A stretch of 64,000 nucleotides of DNA from a bacterium. GTDB taxonomy: Bacteria > JAMCPX01. The DNA lies in NCBI GenBank assembly GCA_049966275.1, contig JBMFUY010000001.1, positions 4,780 to 68,779 of the forward strand, read 5' to 3'. Position 1 is the stretch's first letter. The number at the start of each line of letters is the position of its first letter. Below the pieces are notes generated by a model. That model saw only the letters and a program-made list of their open reading frames with translations, was not told the DNA's origin and did no database searches. Positions 9,523 to 19,241 of the stretch are shown here, piece by piece. The position numbers and the translations under genes are program-made.

Positions 9523-11823
9523 TCAGGTCATCATGGGTTCAAGCATATTCTCATTGGATAGTGGACTTAGCTCAACCTTTACGTCGATCTCTCCATTGTT
9601 CATGTACACAGTAAATTTATTACCCTTTTGCCACTGGATTGTTATGGGTATCTTTATAAGCTGATCTATTGTCCTTTTTAATAATCTTGCCCCATACTTC
9701 TGGCTATAACCGTTTGTTACAACATAGTCCAGAGCATCTTCTGTTACAATGAGCTGTTTTCCCTCTTTCTCCATCTGCTTTGCTGTCTTACTGATATAGT
9801 TTCTTGCAATTTCCTTTACTGTTTCATACCTCAATGGGTTAAAGACAATGATCTCATCTATTCTATTGAGAAATTCAGGTGAAAATGTCCGCTCTGCCTC
9901 TGCTATAACAGCCCTGCGCATGGATTCAATGCCCTGCTGGGTGTCATTTAAAAACCCAAGAGGCTGCATGAACTTTTTGAACTGCTCTGCCCCAAGATTG
10001 CTTGTCATTATAATAACCGCATCACTAAAATAGACCTTCTTTCCTTTTCCATCTGTAAGCCAGCCTTCATCAAATACCTGTAATAAAAGATTATGAACAA
10101 AGCTATTGGCTTTTTCTATCTCATCAAGCAATACAATAGAAGATGGGTTATCCCTTACCATATTTGTAAGGGTACCACCCCGTTCAGAACCCACAATACC
10201 TCTTGGCATACCTATAAGTTTGTCAATAGCCAATGATGAATCTCCATATTCTGACATATCAAGCCTGATGATCTTGTTTTCATCCTCATAAAAGAACTCT
10301 GCAAGTGCTTTTGCAAGCTCTGTTTTGCCTACCCCTGTGGGCCCTAAAAACAACAATACACCATCAGGTCTGTTGAAATTTTCTTTTAATGGTCCCTTGT
10401 TTAAACGTATTCTGTTACTTACCCTTCTTATTGCATCTTCCTGTCCGATAACCCTCTTTGAAAGGATAGATTCTATGTTTGAGAAACGTTTATCTGTATC
10501 CCTGAATACCATATCAAGAGGTATTTGAGACTCCTGAGCGATCACCTCTTTAATTGTGCTTATAGATACAACCTCTTCATTTTTTATCTCTGTTTTAACC
10601 GAAGATGTATCCAACCACCCAATTACCTTGTCCGGGAGCCTTATGGCTCTGTTGTATCTCTGGCTCATCTCCATTACAGTATCAATGGCTTCCTGAGGAA
10701 TCTTTACATTGTAAAGCCTTTCCAGTCTCGGCACAACACCTTCCACAATTGTGCGGGCTTCTGCTAAAGAAGGTTCTTTTACATGCACAAGTCTAAACCT
10801 TCTTGCAAGTGCTTCGTCTTCTGCTATAAACTCTTTATATTCTGTATATGTTGTAGCACCTATAATTTGTACTTCCCCTCTTGCTAAACTTGATTTGAAT
10901 ATATTGGCAGCGTCACTTGGTACTCCCATTGCAGAACCAGCACCCACAAGACTATGAGCTTCATCCACAAATAGTATAATATTTTGTTTCTCTTTTAATT
11001 CCTTGATGATCCTTTCTATTCTATCCTCAAACATGCCTCTGAACATGGTGCCTGCAACAATGGTATTCATCTGAAGGTTTACGATCTGTTTATCCCTTAA
11101 TCTTAAAGGTACCTTTTCTGGTTCAAGCTCTATAAGTCTTGCAAGTCCCTCTACAATGGCTGTTTTCCCAACGCCAGCTTCCCCAACCAGCATCACAGAG
11201 TTGCTGCGTTCTCTGTGAGATAGTATCTCCATTATCTGTGCTAATTCCTTTTCTCTACCGATCAATGGCGGAAGCTTATCCATGCGTGCCAGTCTATTTA
11301 GATTGGTTCCAAACTGTTTTAAATAAGGGGGCAATTCATATTTTTTCTTAAGTTCTCTTTCCTTTTCTTCTCGCTTTTTTATCTGTCTTTCTATCTCAAT
11401 AATAACGGTTCTTGGATCGTAACCAAAACCTTTGAGCAGTTGAACAGGATAACAATGGCCCTCTTCAAACATGGCTTGAAGCACATCCACAGGCGCCACA
11501 ACCTGTTTACCTTCACGCCTGATGTTTTCCCATGCAATCTGCAAAACTGCTGTTGCATCAGGTAAAAATTTTACACCTCTTGTGACAAAGTATTTAGAGT
11601 TGTTAAGATGTTCATTTAAAAGTTCTTCTACAAGCTTTCTCTCAATGCCAAGAGCGTTGGTAAGATCATTGTAAAACTCCTTTTCAATGGTCATAAAAGC
11701 AAGGAATATATGCTCTACTCCAACGTAGAATTGCTGGCGTTTTTTAGACTCGTCTATTGCCAGGTTTAACATTGCCTGTGTTCGCTCTGAAAGTCTATCT
11801 TTGTAGTTGGTTAAATCAAACAT
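9523..11823 (-). CDS. ATP-dependent Clp protease ATP-binding subunit (ClpA/ClpC family, two AAA+ modules)
   Basis: 766 aa; Clp_N-like N-terminus, D1 Walker A GEAGVGKTAIVEGLA, D2 Walker A GPTGVGKTELAKALA, no long coiled-coil M-domain, candidate ClpP-docking loop PLGFL. Confidence 0.85.
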   Translation of the reverse strand: MFDLTNYKDRLSERTQAMLNLAIDESKKRQQFYVGVEHIFLAFMTIEKEFYNDLTNALGIERKLVEELLNEHLNNSKYFVTRGVKFLPDATAVLQIAWENIRREGKQVVAPVDVLQAMFEEGHCYPVQLLKGFGYDPRTVIIEIERQIKKREEKERELKKKYELPPYLKQFGTNLNRLARMDKLPPLIGREKELAQIMEILSHRERSNSVMLVGEAGVGKTAIVEGLARLIELEPEKVPLRLRDKQIVNLQMNTIVAGTMFRGMFEDRIERIIKELKEKQNIILFVDEAHSLVGAGSAMGVPSDAANIFKSSLARGEVQIIGATTYTEYKEFIAEDEALARRFRLVHVKEPSLAEARTIVEGVVPRLERLYNVKIPQEAIDTVMEMSQRYNRAIRLPDKVIGWLDTSSVKTEIKNEEVVSISTIKEVIAQESQIPLDMVFRDTDKRFSNIESILSKRVIGQEDAIRRVSNRIRLNKGPLKENFNRPDGVLLFLGPTGVGKTELAKALAEFFYEDENKIIRLDMSEYGDSSLAIDKLIGMPRGIVGSERGGTLTNMVRDNPSSIVLLDEIEKANSFVHNLLLQVFDEGWLTDGKGKKVYFSDAVIIMTSNLGAEQFKKFMQPLGFLNDTQQGIESMRRAVIAEAERTFSPEFLNRIDEIIVFNPLRYETVKEIARNYISKTAKQMEKEGKQLIVTEDALDYVVTNGYSQKYGARLLKRTIDQLIKIPITIQWQKGNKFTVYMNNGEIDVKVELSPLSNENMLEPMMT

Positions 11824-11836
11824 TTAACTTCTCTTT

Positions 11837-12685
11837 TTATCCTCTACTATACATTAATTTCTCAAGTCTTTCAATTCTTTCTTCTGTGGGTGGATGAGTA
11901 CTGAAGAGAGATGCAATACCTTTACCAAGGAATGGAGAAACAATAAACATATGGGCAGTGGATGGATTTGCATTCATGGGTAATCTATTATTCGCGTACT
12001 CCAATTTCTTCAGCGCAGAGATCAAACCACCAGGGTTGCCTGTGAGTTTGGCACTTCCCTCATCAGCATAGTACTCCCTTGATCTTGATATGGCAAGTTG
12101 AATAATGCTAGCTGCTATTGGAGCAAGGATGGCAAACAAAAGCATTACAAATATATTATTGTTTCTATCTCTTTCATTGAAGCCACCAAACATCCCGGCA
12201 AACATAGCCATTCTCGCAAGAAGAATAATAGCACCTGCTATTGTCGCAGATATGCTACTTATCAGTATATCTCTATGTCTCACATGGGAAAGTTCATGTC
12301 CGAGTACCCCTTCAATCTCTTCGTCATTAAGCATATCAAGTAGCCCCTGCGTAACTGCTACTGCTGCGTGCTCGGGATTTCTTCCAGTTGCAAATGCGTT
12401 GGGTGTTTGAGTTGGTATAAGATATATTCTTGGCATGGGTAATCCTGCTTTGGTAGTGAGATTTCTTACAATACTGAATAGTCTCGGTGCCTCTGATTCA
12501 GAAAGCTCTCTCGCCCTGTACATGGTTAAGACTATCTTATCTGAAAACCAGTAACTGAAGAAGTTCATAGCTACAGCAATCACAAATGCTATCAACATTC
12601 CATTCTCACCGCCAAGAGCCCCACCTATTACTATTAATAACCCAGTCAATGCTCCAAGCAACAAAACAGTTTTTAACTGATTCAT
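11837..12685 (-). CDS. htpX: Membrane zinc metalloprotease HtpX (M48)
   Basis: 282 aa; HEXXH motif ([11 protein letters not shown]) and TM helices. Confidence 0.9.
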   Translation of the reverse strand: MNQLKTVLLLGALTGLLIVIGGALGGENGMLIAFVIAVAMNFFSYWFSDKIVLTMYRARELSESEAPRLFSIVRNLTTKAGLPMPRIYLIPTQTPNAFATGRNPEHAAVAVTQGLLDMLNDEEIEGVLGHELSHVRHRDILISSISATIAGAIILLARMAMFAGMFGGFNERDRNNNIFVMLLFAILAPIAASIIQLAISRSREYYADEGSAKLTGNPGGLISALKKLEYANNRLPMNANPSTAHMFIVSPFLGKGIASLFSTHPPTEERIERLEKLMYSRG

Positions 12686-12944
12686 ACTTTATTCTCCAAT
12701 CTATTCTGTCTTTCTATGAAAATTTTAAAACCAATTGCCTGATAAGTCAATAGGTATGGATGGCTGATGGATCAACATTATACAGAGTAAACAGAATGAA
12801 TTCTGTATCTTTGGTATGGACTCCTATACCCCCTGTTGCTTAAAATTGAAAAGTGCACACCCAAGGGTTATATTCTGAAACCAAAAAGGAGGCTTTAGAT
12901 TATTACTCAAATACACAAAAAATTTATGGAAAGAGCTGATGATC

Positions 12945-13213
12945 TTAACCCGAAAAATGCAATAGGAAAGTTTGCTCATTCGTTCGGGGTACCCATCCAA
13001 AGGATGGGTCGTGCGATCCACCTAAGATACAAAGACTTTTTGCTGTAAAGGAGGTTTAAGTCCTTTGTATGTTTATATGCAATCACATTCCGTTTCTTTT
13101 TTTCTAATATTCGAAGAATACCTATATTTGACGCGTGACCCTTCCCTTCGGGTGGGTACCCCATCACTCATTACACAAACTTCCCTATTTCGCAAATGCA
13201 TTTTTCGGGTTAA
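12945..13213 (+). mobile_element. MITE-like element, long (269-bp) form, copy 1
   Basis: Termini TTAACCCGAAAAATGCA...TGCATTTTTCGGGTTAA (17-bp terminal inverted repeats), flanked by TTAA. Near-identical copies at 28485..28710 and 44321..44589; the 100-bp core is shared with 37706..37808 and 60411..60512. Confidence 0.8.
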
Positions 13214-13312
13214 TATGTTTTGAATTGAGTTTAAATGAAAAGCCTCAACATTATCTTGACACTTCATGAAATATAGTTTACGCATGTCTACATTAATTAT
13301 GGATACTATGCA

Positions 13313-15022
13313 ATGCTCAATATTGAGCTTAAGAAATATCAACAAATATGGCTTGACATTAGTTTCGTTATTATTCTCGCAGGCATAGTATACCTATTAA
13401 TCCATGTATACACACATTTAATAGTTCCTTATAAACCACTTTCTTCGATCTCTCTTTCTCCTGTATCCCTGCTCCTTTATTCTGTTTACTCAATTATCAG
13501 AATGTTTGCAGCATACATACTATCCCTTCTCTTTGCATTAGGGTATGGTTATCTCGCTGCACGCACAAAGTTTGGTGAGATCGTTCTTGTGCCATTGCTT
13601 GATATTCTACAGAGTATTCCTGTCTTAAGTCTTATGCCTGCTATAGTTTTATTTTTGATCTCATTATTTCCAAGAAGTAATATAGGACTTGAGCTGGCTG
13701 CTATTGTTATGATCTTTACAGCCATGGCATGGAATATGGCTTTTGCAGTGTATCAATCGCTTAAATCTATACCAAAGGACCTGCTCTATGTTTCAAACCT
13801 GTATCAATTCTCCAGGGTTAAGAAATTTTTGTGGCTTGAAATGCCATATTCAGCAATCTCTCTTATATGGAATAGCATGATGTCGTTTGCAGGTGGCTGG
13901 TTTTTTCTGTCTGTTAATGAAGCATTTGTGCTTGGAAATCAATCCTTCAGGCTTCAGGGTATTGGTGCATATATGAGTGTTGCTCAAGAACATGGTAATA
14001 CACTGGCAATGTTTTATTCCCTTATTGCAATGGGTATGATCATAATCCTTGTAGATAGGTTGTTGTGGAAACCACTTATTGTCTGGTCAGATAAATTTAA
14101 GGTTGAGGATACAAGTAGCGAGGAGGCAGCAAAATCAATGGTGCTGGACTATTTAAAACGTATTACCATCTTCAGGGGTATTAATAAAATTTTTAAGAAT
14201 TATAGCAAGAAACCAACAGGGATCTTGCTAAAACCAACAACAAAAAGCAGAATAGGTAATACATTATCTTTGTTCTTAAAGGCTATATCAATCGCATTAT
14301 TTATTGTGCTTATTTTAGTAATACTCTGGGGCATTTACAGGGCTGGCAGTATGCTTAATAAACTCACGTATAAGGACTTTGTATATATCCTTACATCCGT
14401 GTTGCTTACTTTTTTACGTGTCATTGCTGTTCTTATTATAAGCGCTGTATGGACTGTTCCTCTCGGGGTGTACATTGGTTTAAGAAAAAAACTTGCAACC
14501 AGACTCCAGTCTGTTGTGCAGTTCTTTGCATCCTATCCTGCTCCAATGCTATATCCTATTGCATTGTTTGTTTTGCAAAAGCTTCATGTAGGTCTTGGTA
14601 TAGGTGCTGTTGTGCTTATGTTACTTGGTTCTCAATGGTATATACTCTACAACACAATTTCAGGTGCAATGAGTATGTCTGAGGATCTAATAGATGTAAA
14701 ACAATTATTCAACATAAAAGGATTACTTATGTGGAAAGAGATTATTATACCTGCCATAGCACCACAATTGATTACAGGTATAATAACTGCAGCTGGTGGT
14801 GCGTGGAATGCTTCTATAGTTGCAGAATATGTGCTTTATAAGAATAAAATTATTTACACAAAGGGAATAGGAACCTTAATCAATCTGGCTATAGAAAAAG
14901 GGAATATGAACATGCTTCTTGGTGGGACATTTGCTATGATACTCGTTGTTGTAATAATAAATATTACTGTATGGAAAAGGTTGTATAAGAGTGTTAGCCA
15001 GCTACACCAATTGGAGAGTTGA
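13313..15022 (+). CDS. ABC transporter permease, duplicated/fused binding-protein-dependent transport domain (NitT/TauT-like)
   Basis: 569 aa, roughly 12 predicted TM segments in two halves, typical ABC inner-membrane-component topology. Confidence 0.75.
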   Translation: MLNIELKKYQQIWLDISFVIILAGIVYLLIHVYTHLIVPYKPLSSISLSPVSLLLYSVYSIIRMFAAYILSLLFALGYGYLAARTKFGEIVLVPLLDILQSIPVLSLMPAIVLFLISLFPRSNIGLELAAIVMIFTAMAWNMAFAVYQSLKSIPKDLLYVSNLYQFSRVKKFLWLEMPYSAISLIWNSMMSFAGGWFFLSVNEAFVLGNQSFRLQGIGAYMSVAQEHGNTLAMFYSLIAMGMIIILVDRLLWKPLIVWSDKFKVEDTSSEEAAKSMVLDYLKRITIFRGINKIFKNYSKKPTGILLKPTTKSRIGNTLSLFLKAISIALFIVLILVILWGIYRAGSMLNKLTYKDFVYILTSVLLTFLRVIAVLIISAVWTVPLGVYIGLRKKLATRLQSVVQFFASYPAPMLYPIALFVLQKLHVGLGIGAVVLMLLGSQWYILYNTISGAMSMSEDLIDVKQLFNIKGLLMWKEIIIPAIAPQLITGIITAAGGAWNASIVAEYVLYKNKIIYTKGIGTLINLAIEKGNMNMLLGGTFAMILVVVIINITVWKRLYKSVSQLHQLES

Positions 15023-15025
15023 GAT

Positions 15026-16336
15026 ATGATAAAAAATAATATGCCTGTTACAATAGCTGAATTAAGACATGTGACTAAAACCTTTGAGGGTATAAAAGGC
15101 AATACCATAACCATTGTTGAGAACATAGATTTTCAGCTTAAAAAGAATAAAATAACAGCCCTATTAGGACCTTCTGGTTCTGGCAAATCAACACTGATAA
15201 AGATCATTTCAGGATTGCAGAAACCAACAAGTGGTGAGGTTTTATTTCTTGGTAAGCCTCTAACTAATCCTGATCCAAAGATTTCTATAGTGTTTCAGAA
15301 TTTTGCCCTATTCCCCTGGCTCACAGTCCTTGAAAATGTAGCTATTGTTTTAAAAGCAAAAGGGGTTGATGAACAGATAATAAAAGAAAAGGCATTAAAA
15401 ATTCTGGACACAGTGGGGCTTGATGGTTTTGAAGAGGCTTATCCTAAAGAGTTGTCAGGGGGGATGAAACAGCGGGTTGGTTTTGCACGGGCATTGATAG
15501 TAGAACCTGAGCTCTTGTGCATGGATGAGCCATTCAGCGCACTTGATATACTGACAGCTGAAAACCTCAGGAGGGAGATTATAGATCTCTGGGTGGATAA
15601 AAAATTACCAACAGAGGCTATTTTGCTTGTTACACACAACATAGAGGAGGCAGTATTTTTTGCGGATGAATGTGTGATACTATCAAAGAATCCAGGAAGG
15701 ATAAGAGCCAAATTCCCAATAGATCTTCACCATAAACGAAACCCTGAATCCGATGAGTTTAAAATGTTCGTTGATATGATATACCAGCTTTTAACAAATC
15801 CAGAGATAGAGGCAGAATCCATACAGAGCAGGTTTTTTGTATCAAAAGAAAAATATCAGATGCTTCCCAATGCAAAGCCAGGTGCAATTGCTGGTCTGCT
15901 GGAATTAATATTTGAAAGGGGAGGGGAGGAAGATATATATAAACTTAGTGATGAGCTTCAGATGGAAGTTGATGATATTTTACCTATTGTAGATGCGGCT
16001 GTACTTCTTCAATACGTTAAGGTAACAGAGGGTGATATAACGCTAACCGAGACAGGAAAAGAGTTTGTTACAGCAGATATACTTGGGAGAAAGGTTAATT
16101 TCAGTAAGCAGACCATTGAAAATGTTGCACTCGTAAAGCAAATAATCAGGTTGTTAAATACAAAAAAGAATAAAAGGATACACGAAGATTTTATAGAGGA
16201 ATATCTGCTTAAGTTTTTCACACCCGAAGAGGCAAAAAGACAGCTTGATATAGCTATAACATGGGGTAGGTTTGGTGAATTGTTTTCTTACGATGCATCT
16301 ACAGGTGAATTATACCTCGAGGATAATCCAGCATAA
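15026..16336 (+). CDS. ABC transporter ATP-binding protein (NitT/TauT family) with C-terminal AAA-associated extension
   Basis: Walker A GPSGSGKST, signature LSGGMKQRVGFARAL, Walker B LLCMDEPFSALD, plus a ~190-aa C-terminal domain. Confidence 0.85.
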   Translation: MIKNNMPVTIAELRHVTKTFEGIKGNTITIVENIDFQLKKNKITALLGPSGSGKSTLIKIISGLQKPTSGEVLFLGKPLTNPDPKISIVFQNFALFPWLTVLENVAIVLKAKGVDEQIIKEKALKILDTVGLDGFEEAYPKELSGGMKQRVGFARALIVEPELLCMDEPFSALDILTAENLRREIIDLWVDKKLPTEAILLVTHNIEEAVFFADECVILSKNPGRIRAKFPIDLHHKRNPESDEFKMFVDMIYQLLTNPEIEAESIQSRFFVSKEKYQMLPNAKPGAIAGLLELIFERGGEEDIYKLSDELQMEVDDILPIVDAAVLLQYVKVTEGDITLTETGKEFVTADILGRKVNFSKQTIENVALVKQIIRLLNTKKNKRIHEDFIEEYLLKFFTPEEAKRQLDIAITWGRFGELFSYDASTGELYLEDNPA

Positions 16337-16393
16337 GCCTTTGTGTGTTTGCATTTAAACCGAACAGTTAGAATTATGTGCTCTGTGATTCAG

Positions 16394-17290
16394 TTACAAT
16401 ACAGACCAGATGAATGGCAGGGTGAAAAAGCTTACAAAGGTTGTGCCAAAAACAATCTGAGCTGCAAGTGATTCATCAAGATCATAAAGTTGAGCAAAGA
16501 CAACGCTTGTCATCATTGATGGCATAGCTGATTGCAGGATAGTTATTTTTTGTGGAAAGGCTGGTAATCCAGTTATAGAAATAAACAGATACATTACCAG
16601 TGGCATAACCATAAGCTTGATTAAAGCAGATGTACCAAGCAGTGGTAGACTGTGCAATTTTACTGGTTTTGTCAGATTCATTCCTACTATTAGCATCATG
16701 AGTGGTGTTGTGATATTTCCAACCAGCTCGATGGCATTCAGAACAAATTTTGGCAATACCACGGACACAGGGAATGCCAGACCTATTATCAGGGCTATGA
16801 ACGGCGGTGTTAATACGCCTGTGAGCACGTTTTTCCATGATAGTGATTTGTGTGTAAGGTTTGATATTAAGATCAGAAGCACTGTGTAGATAAACAAACC
16901 ATTGCCGAATTGATCGTACACAACAGCGATAGGCATACCAGCATCACCCGTAAGGCTATGAACAACAGAGTAACCAAGGAACGCCGTGTTTCCACCAACT
17001 GCTGTCAGAATAAACACCCCCAGTCTTCTGGTATCTTTTATGATAACCCTTCCAGCAAAGAATAAAATAGCTGTGAATATCCCGAGTAATAACCATGTTA
17101 GCAGACTTATTTTTAAGTATATAAGGGTTGGTTGTTGACGGAACATTGCAAGGAATACAAGGAATGGCAGGGTGATATTAAAAACAAACCTGGATAAGAT
17201 ACGATTGTCCTGCTCTTTTACAAGACCGGTTAATCGCGCAAGCATACCAACTATGATCAGAAGGAAGGCTTCTAAAAGCGTGTTGTTCAT
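16394..17290 (-). CDS. AEC (auxin efflux carrier) family permease
   Basis: 298 aa polytopic membrane protein; N-terminus MNNTLLEAFLLIIVGMLARLTGLV is typical of AEC/malate-permease family. Confidence 0.75.
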   Translation of the reverse strand: MNNTLLEAFLLIIVGMLARLTGLVKEQDNRILSRFVFNITLPFLVFLAMFRQQPTLIYLKISLLTWLLLGIFTAILFFAGRVIIKDTRRLGVFILTAVGGNTAFLGYSVVHSLTGDAGMPIAVVYDQFGNGLFIYTVLLILISNLTHKSLSWKNVLTGVLTPPFIALIIGLAFPVSVVLPKFVLNAIELVGNITTPLMMLIVGMNLTKPVKLHSLPLLGTSALIKLMVMPLVMYLFISITGLPAFPQKITILQSAMPSMMTSVVFAQLYDLDESLAAQIVFGTTFVSFFTLPFIWSVL

Positions 17291-17327
17291 ATTATTTTCA
17301 GGTGAGAGGTAAAACCTCGCACCGTTT

Positions 17328-19241
17328 TTATCTTGTTTTTCTTCTCGTGTGTTTTATTAAACTTTTCTTTAACTTTAACTTTTCAAATACAACCACCTGG
17401 TTTTTCTCCAGTATTACTGCATTGTTGAAGAGTTGTTTTATAAGAGGATAATCTGCTGGTTCAACGGAATATGCATTTGATACTATCCTGCTGTTGTAGC
17501 TTAATTCTTTTTCAAGCCTTTTATAAAACACCTTAAATTCACCAAATTTGTTCTTATAGTCTGTGTTATCAGGCACGTATCTGATTTTGTAACCTTGAGG
17601 TATGTTAAAATTAACTGTGTTACTCTTCTCAAAATTATAGCCTATAACAAGCGAGTATGTTCTTTTATCCCGAGCTACAATTTGCGAGAGATTCTGCATT
17701 GACATATTGGGCACTTTCACAATTAACAGGTCTCCTGCCTTTATAATATAATCCTGGCATGTAAACGTGAGGCCAATGTTAACAGGTATATTCAGGCTAT
17801 AGATGTCAGATATGCTATAGTTATTTACAATTGCCCCAGGACATATATCGTTTGCCATTGACTCTATAAAGGATTTTCTCTGTATGGGTTTCATGCTCCT
17901 TAACATGGATTTTTCATACATACTGTAAACACCATTATATGTAACATTCATGGAGATCTGCAGGGAGTTGTTTTCTTCTATTTTCACAGTTCTTTTGTCC
18001 ATTATGCTATTTACATTCGGATCAAACACTGGTGTTTTTACTATAATTGCCTTGTCAGGTTCTATTACAACAACATCCCTTCCCTGATCCATTGGAGGCA
18101 GATCCTTATATCCTGTAACATCAGATGTTGAATCAAGAAACCAGTAACCTTTATCCTGTGGAATGGCGACTATCTCGTGATCAAATTGTCCAGGTGATGG
18201 TAATGTTGGATCCATTCTGGCAATGCCTGCAGTATCAACGAGTACAGGAAAGGCTTTAATGCCTATATGTCTTAGCATAGCTATAAGTAAGGTTGCATGA
18301 TCCTTGCAATCCCCATACTTGTTTTTAAATATGTCTACTGCCTTGTGTGGTTTATAACCTTCTATGCCAAATTCTATACCTACATAACGAATATTCATTG
18401 CAACATAGTTGTATATAGCCCTGATCTTCTCGTCTGTGGTAGAAAGTCCGTTTGTAAGCTCTTCAATCTTTTTATCAATAGCCTGGTCCGTGCCATATTG
18501 TTCTCCTGCCAATCCCCAGTACCACTTTGCAAGCGCATCCCAGGAACTAACTGTGCTTATAGCGACACGGTTGGCAATATCAGACATAGGTGGCATATTC
18601 TGTTCTGGTATGATCTGTGGGATATTTTTAAGTTCCCAGGTATAAACAACTCTGTTATTTTTTTCTGTAATAGAAGGTGGGGTTTTAAAGTTATACTGTC
18701 TGTAATCAAACTTTATATCTTTAGGAAAACTTAATTCGTAAACAGACAAATCTATCGGATCGCTTGTTTGGAGCCTATCACTGTCAAAGAAATTATTTTC
18801 CATATAGGGCTTTATAGTGGTTATCATTACCTGATATTCAATTGTGGCGTCAGGTGTACAACCAGGCATGGTTATTGTTCTATATTTAACATCAGAATAG
18901 ATTGGAGCACTAACTATAAAAGGAGGTGTTACATCGTTTATAGCCTTTTTACCCGGTTTTAAAACCTTACCATCTGGCGTGATAGTTTTAGCATCCAGAA
19001 TCTCTATTTTTTGATATTCTGTTGAGTACGGTAGAACAACCTCGCAGTAATCATTCACACCACGTTTGTTAAGGATCTTTATCTGTTCATGCATCAGAGT
19101 AGTGTACGTGAAATTACTGTACACTGTTACCCTGTTTATATCCTTTAAAACAATTGCTCCTGCTTCATGTTGTGGCTGATCCGCAAGTACATTTACTGGA
19201 ACCAGTATAGCAATAACCAATAAGGTTAATATATTTTTCAT
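17328..19241 (-). CDS. Secreted DUF3857 + transglutaminase-like cysteine-protease-fold protein
   Basis: 637 aa with signal peptide; transglutaminase-core Cys motif YGDCKDHATLLIAMLRHIGI. 4-bp overlap with nadC. Confidence 0.75.
   Translation of the reverse strand: MKNILTLLVIAILVPVNVLADQPQHEAGAIVLKDINRVTVYSNFTYTTLMHEQIKILNKRGVNDYCEVVLPYSTEYQKIEILDAKTITPDGKVLKPGKKAINDVTPPFIVSAPIYSDVKYRTITMPGCTPDATIEYQVMITTIKPYMENNFFDSDRLQTSDPIDLSVYELSFPKDIKFDYRQYNFKTPPSITEKNNRVVYTWELKNIPQIIPEQNMPPMSDIANRVAISTVSSWDALAKWYWGLAGEQYGTDQAIDKKIEELTNGLSTTDEKIRAIYNYVAMNIRYVGIEFGIEGYKPHKAVDIFKNKYGDCKDHATLLIAMLRHIGIKAFPVLVDTAGIARMDPTLPSPGQFDHEIVAIPQDKGYWFLDSTSDVTGYKDLPPMDQGRDVVVIEPDKAIIVKTPVFDPNVNSIMDKRTVKIEENNSLQISMNVTYNGVYSMYEKSMLRSMKPIQRKSFIESMANDICPGAIVNNYSISDIYSLNIPVNIGLTFTCQDYIIKAGDLLIVKVPNMSMQNLSQIVARDKRTYSLVIGYNFEKSNTVNFNIPQGYKIRYVPDNTDYKNKFGEFKVFYKRLEKELSYNSRIVSNAYSVEPADYPLIKQLFNNAVILEKNQVVVFEKLKLKKSLIKHTRRKTR

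Noticed and set aside
13256-13284. TTGACA hexamer upstream of the ABC permease gene as a sigma-70 promoter
   Set aside because: At 16-18 bp spacing the only -10 candidates are TACGCA or ACGCAT. A better TATAGT sits only 10 bp away. The support is not convincing.
12976-13345. Small ORFs inside or overlapping MITE copies: 12824..13021, 12976..13167, 13073..13345, 28516..28698, 28584..28865, 44291..44515.
   Set aside because: They are created by the repeated element. Near-identical peptides recur wherever the repeat occurs, so they reflect element sequence rather than independent genes.
16437-16455. TGGCAC-N5-TTGTA (sigma-54 -24/-12-like) on the minus strand
   Set aside because: It lies inside the 3' end of the AEC permease coding region, and the -12 element is imperfect (TTGT instead of TTGC). 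It is probably chance.
17291-17327. Hairpin GGTGAGAGG-taaaa-CCTCGCACC between the transglutaminase-like gene and the AEC gene, as a terminator
   Set aside because: On the gene (minus) strand it is not followed by a U-tract, and the downstream AEC gene starts immediately. It is more likely an intra-operon structure or chance.
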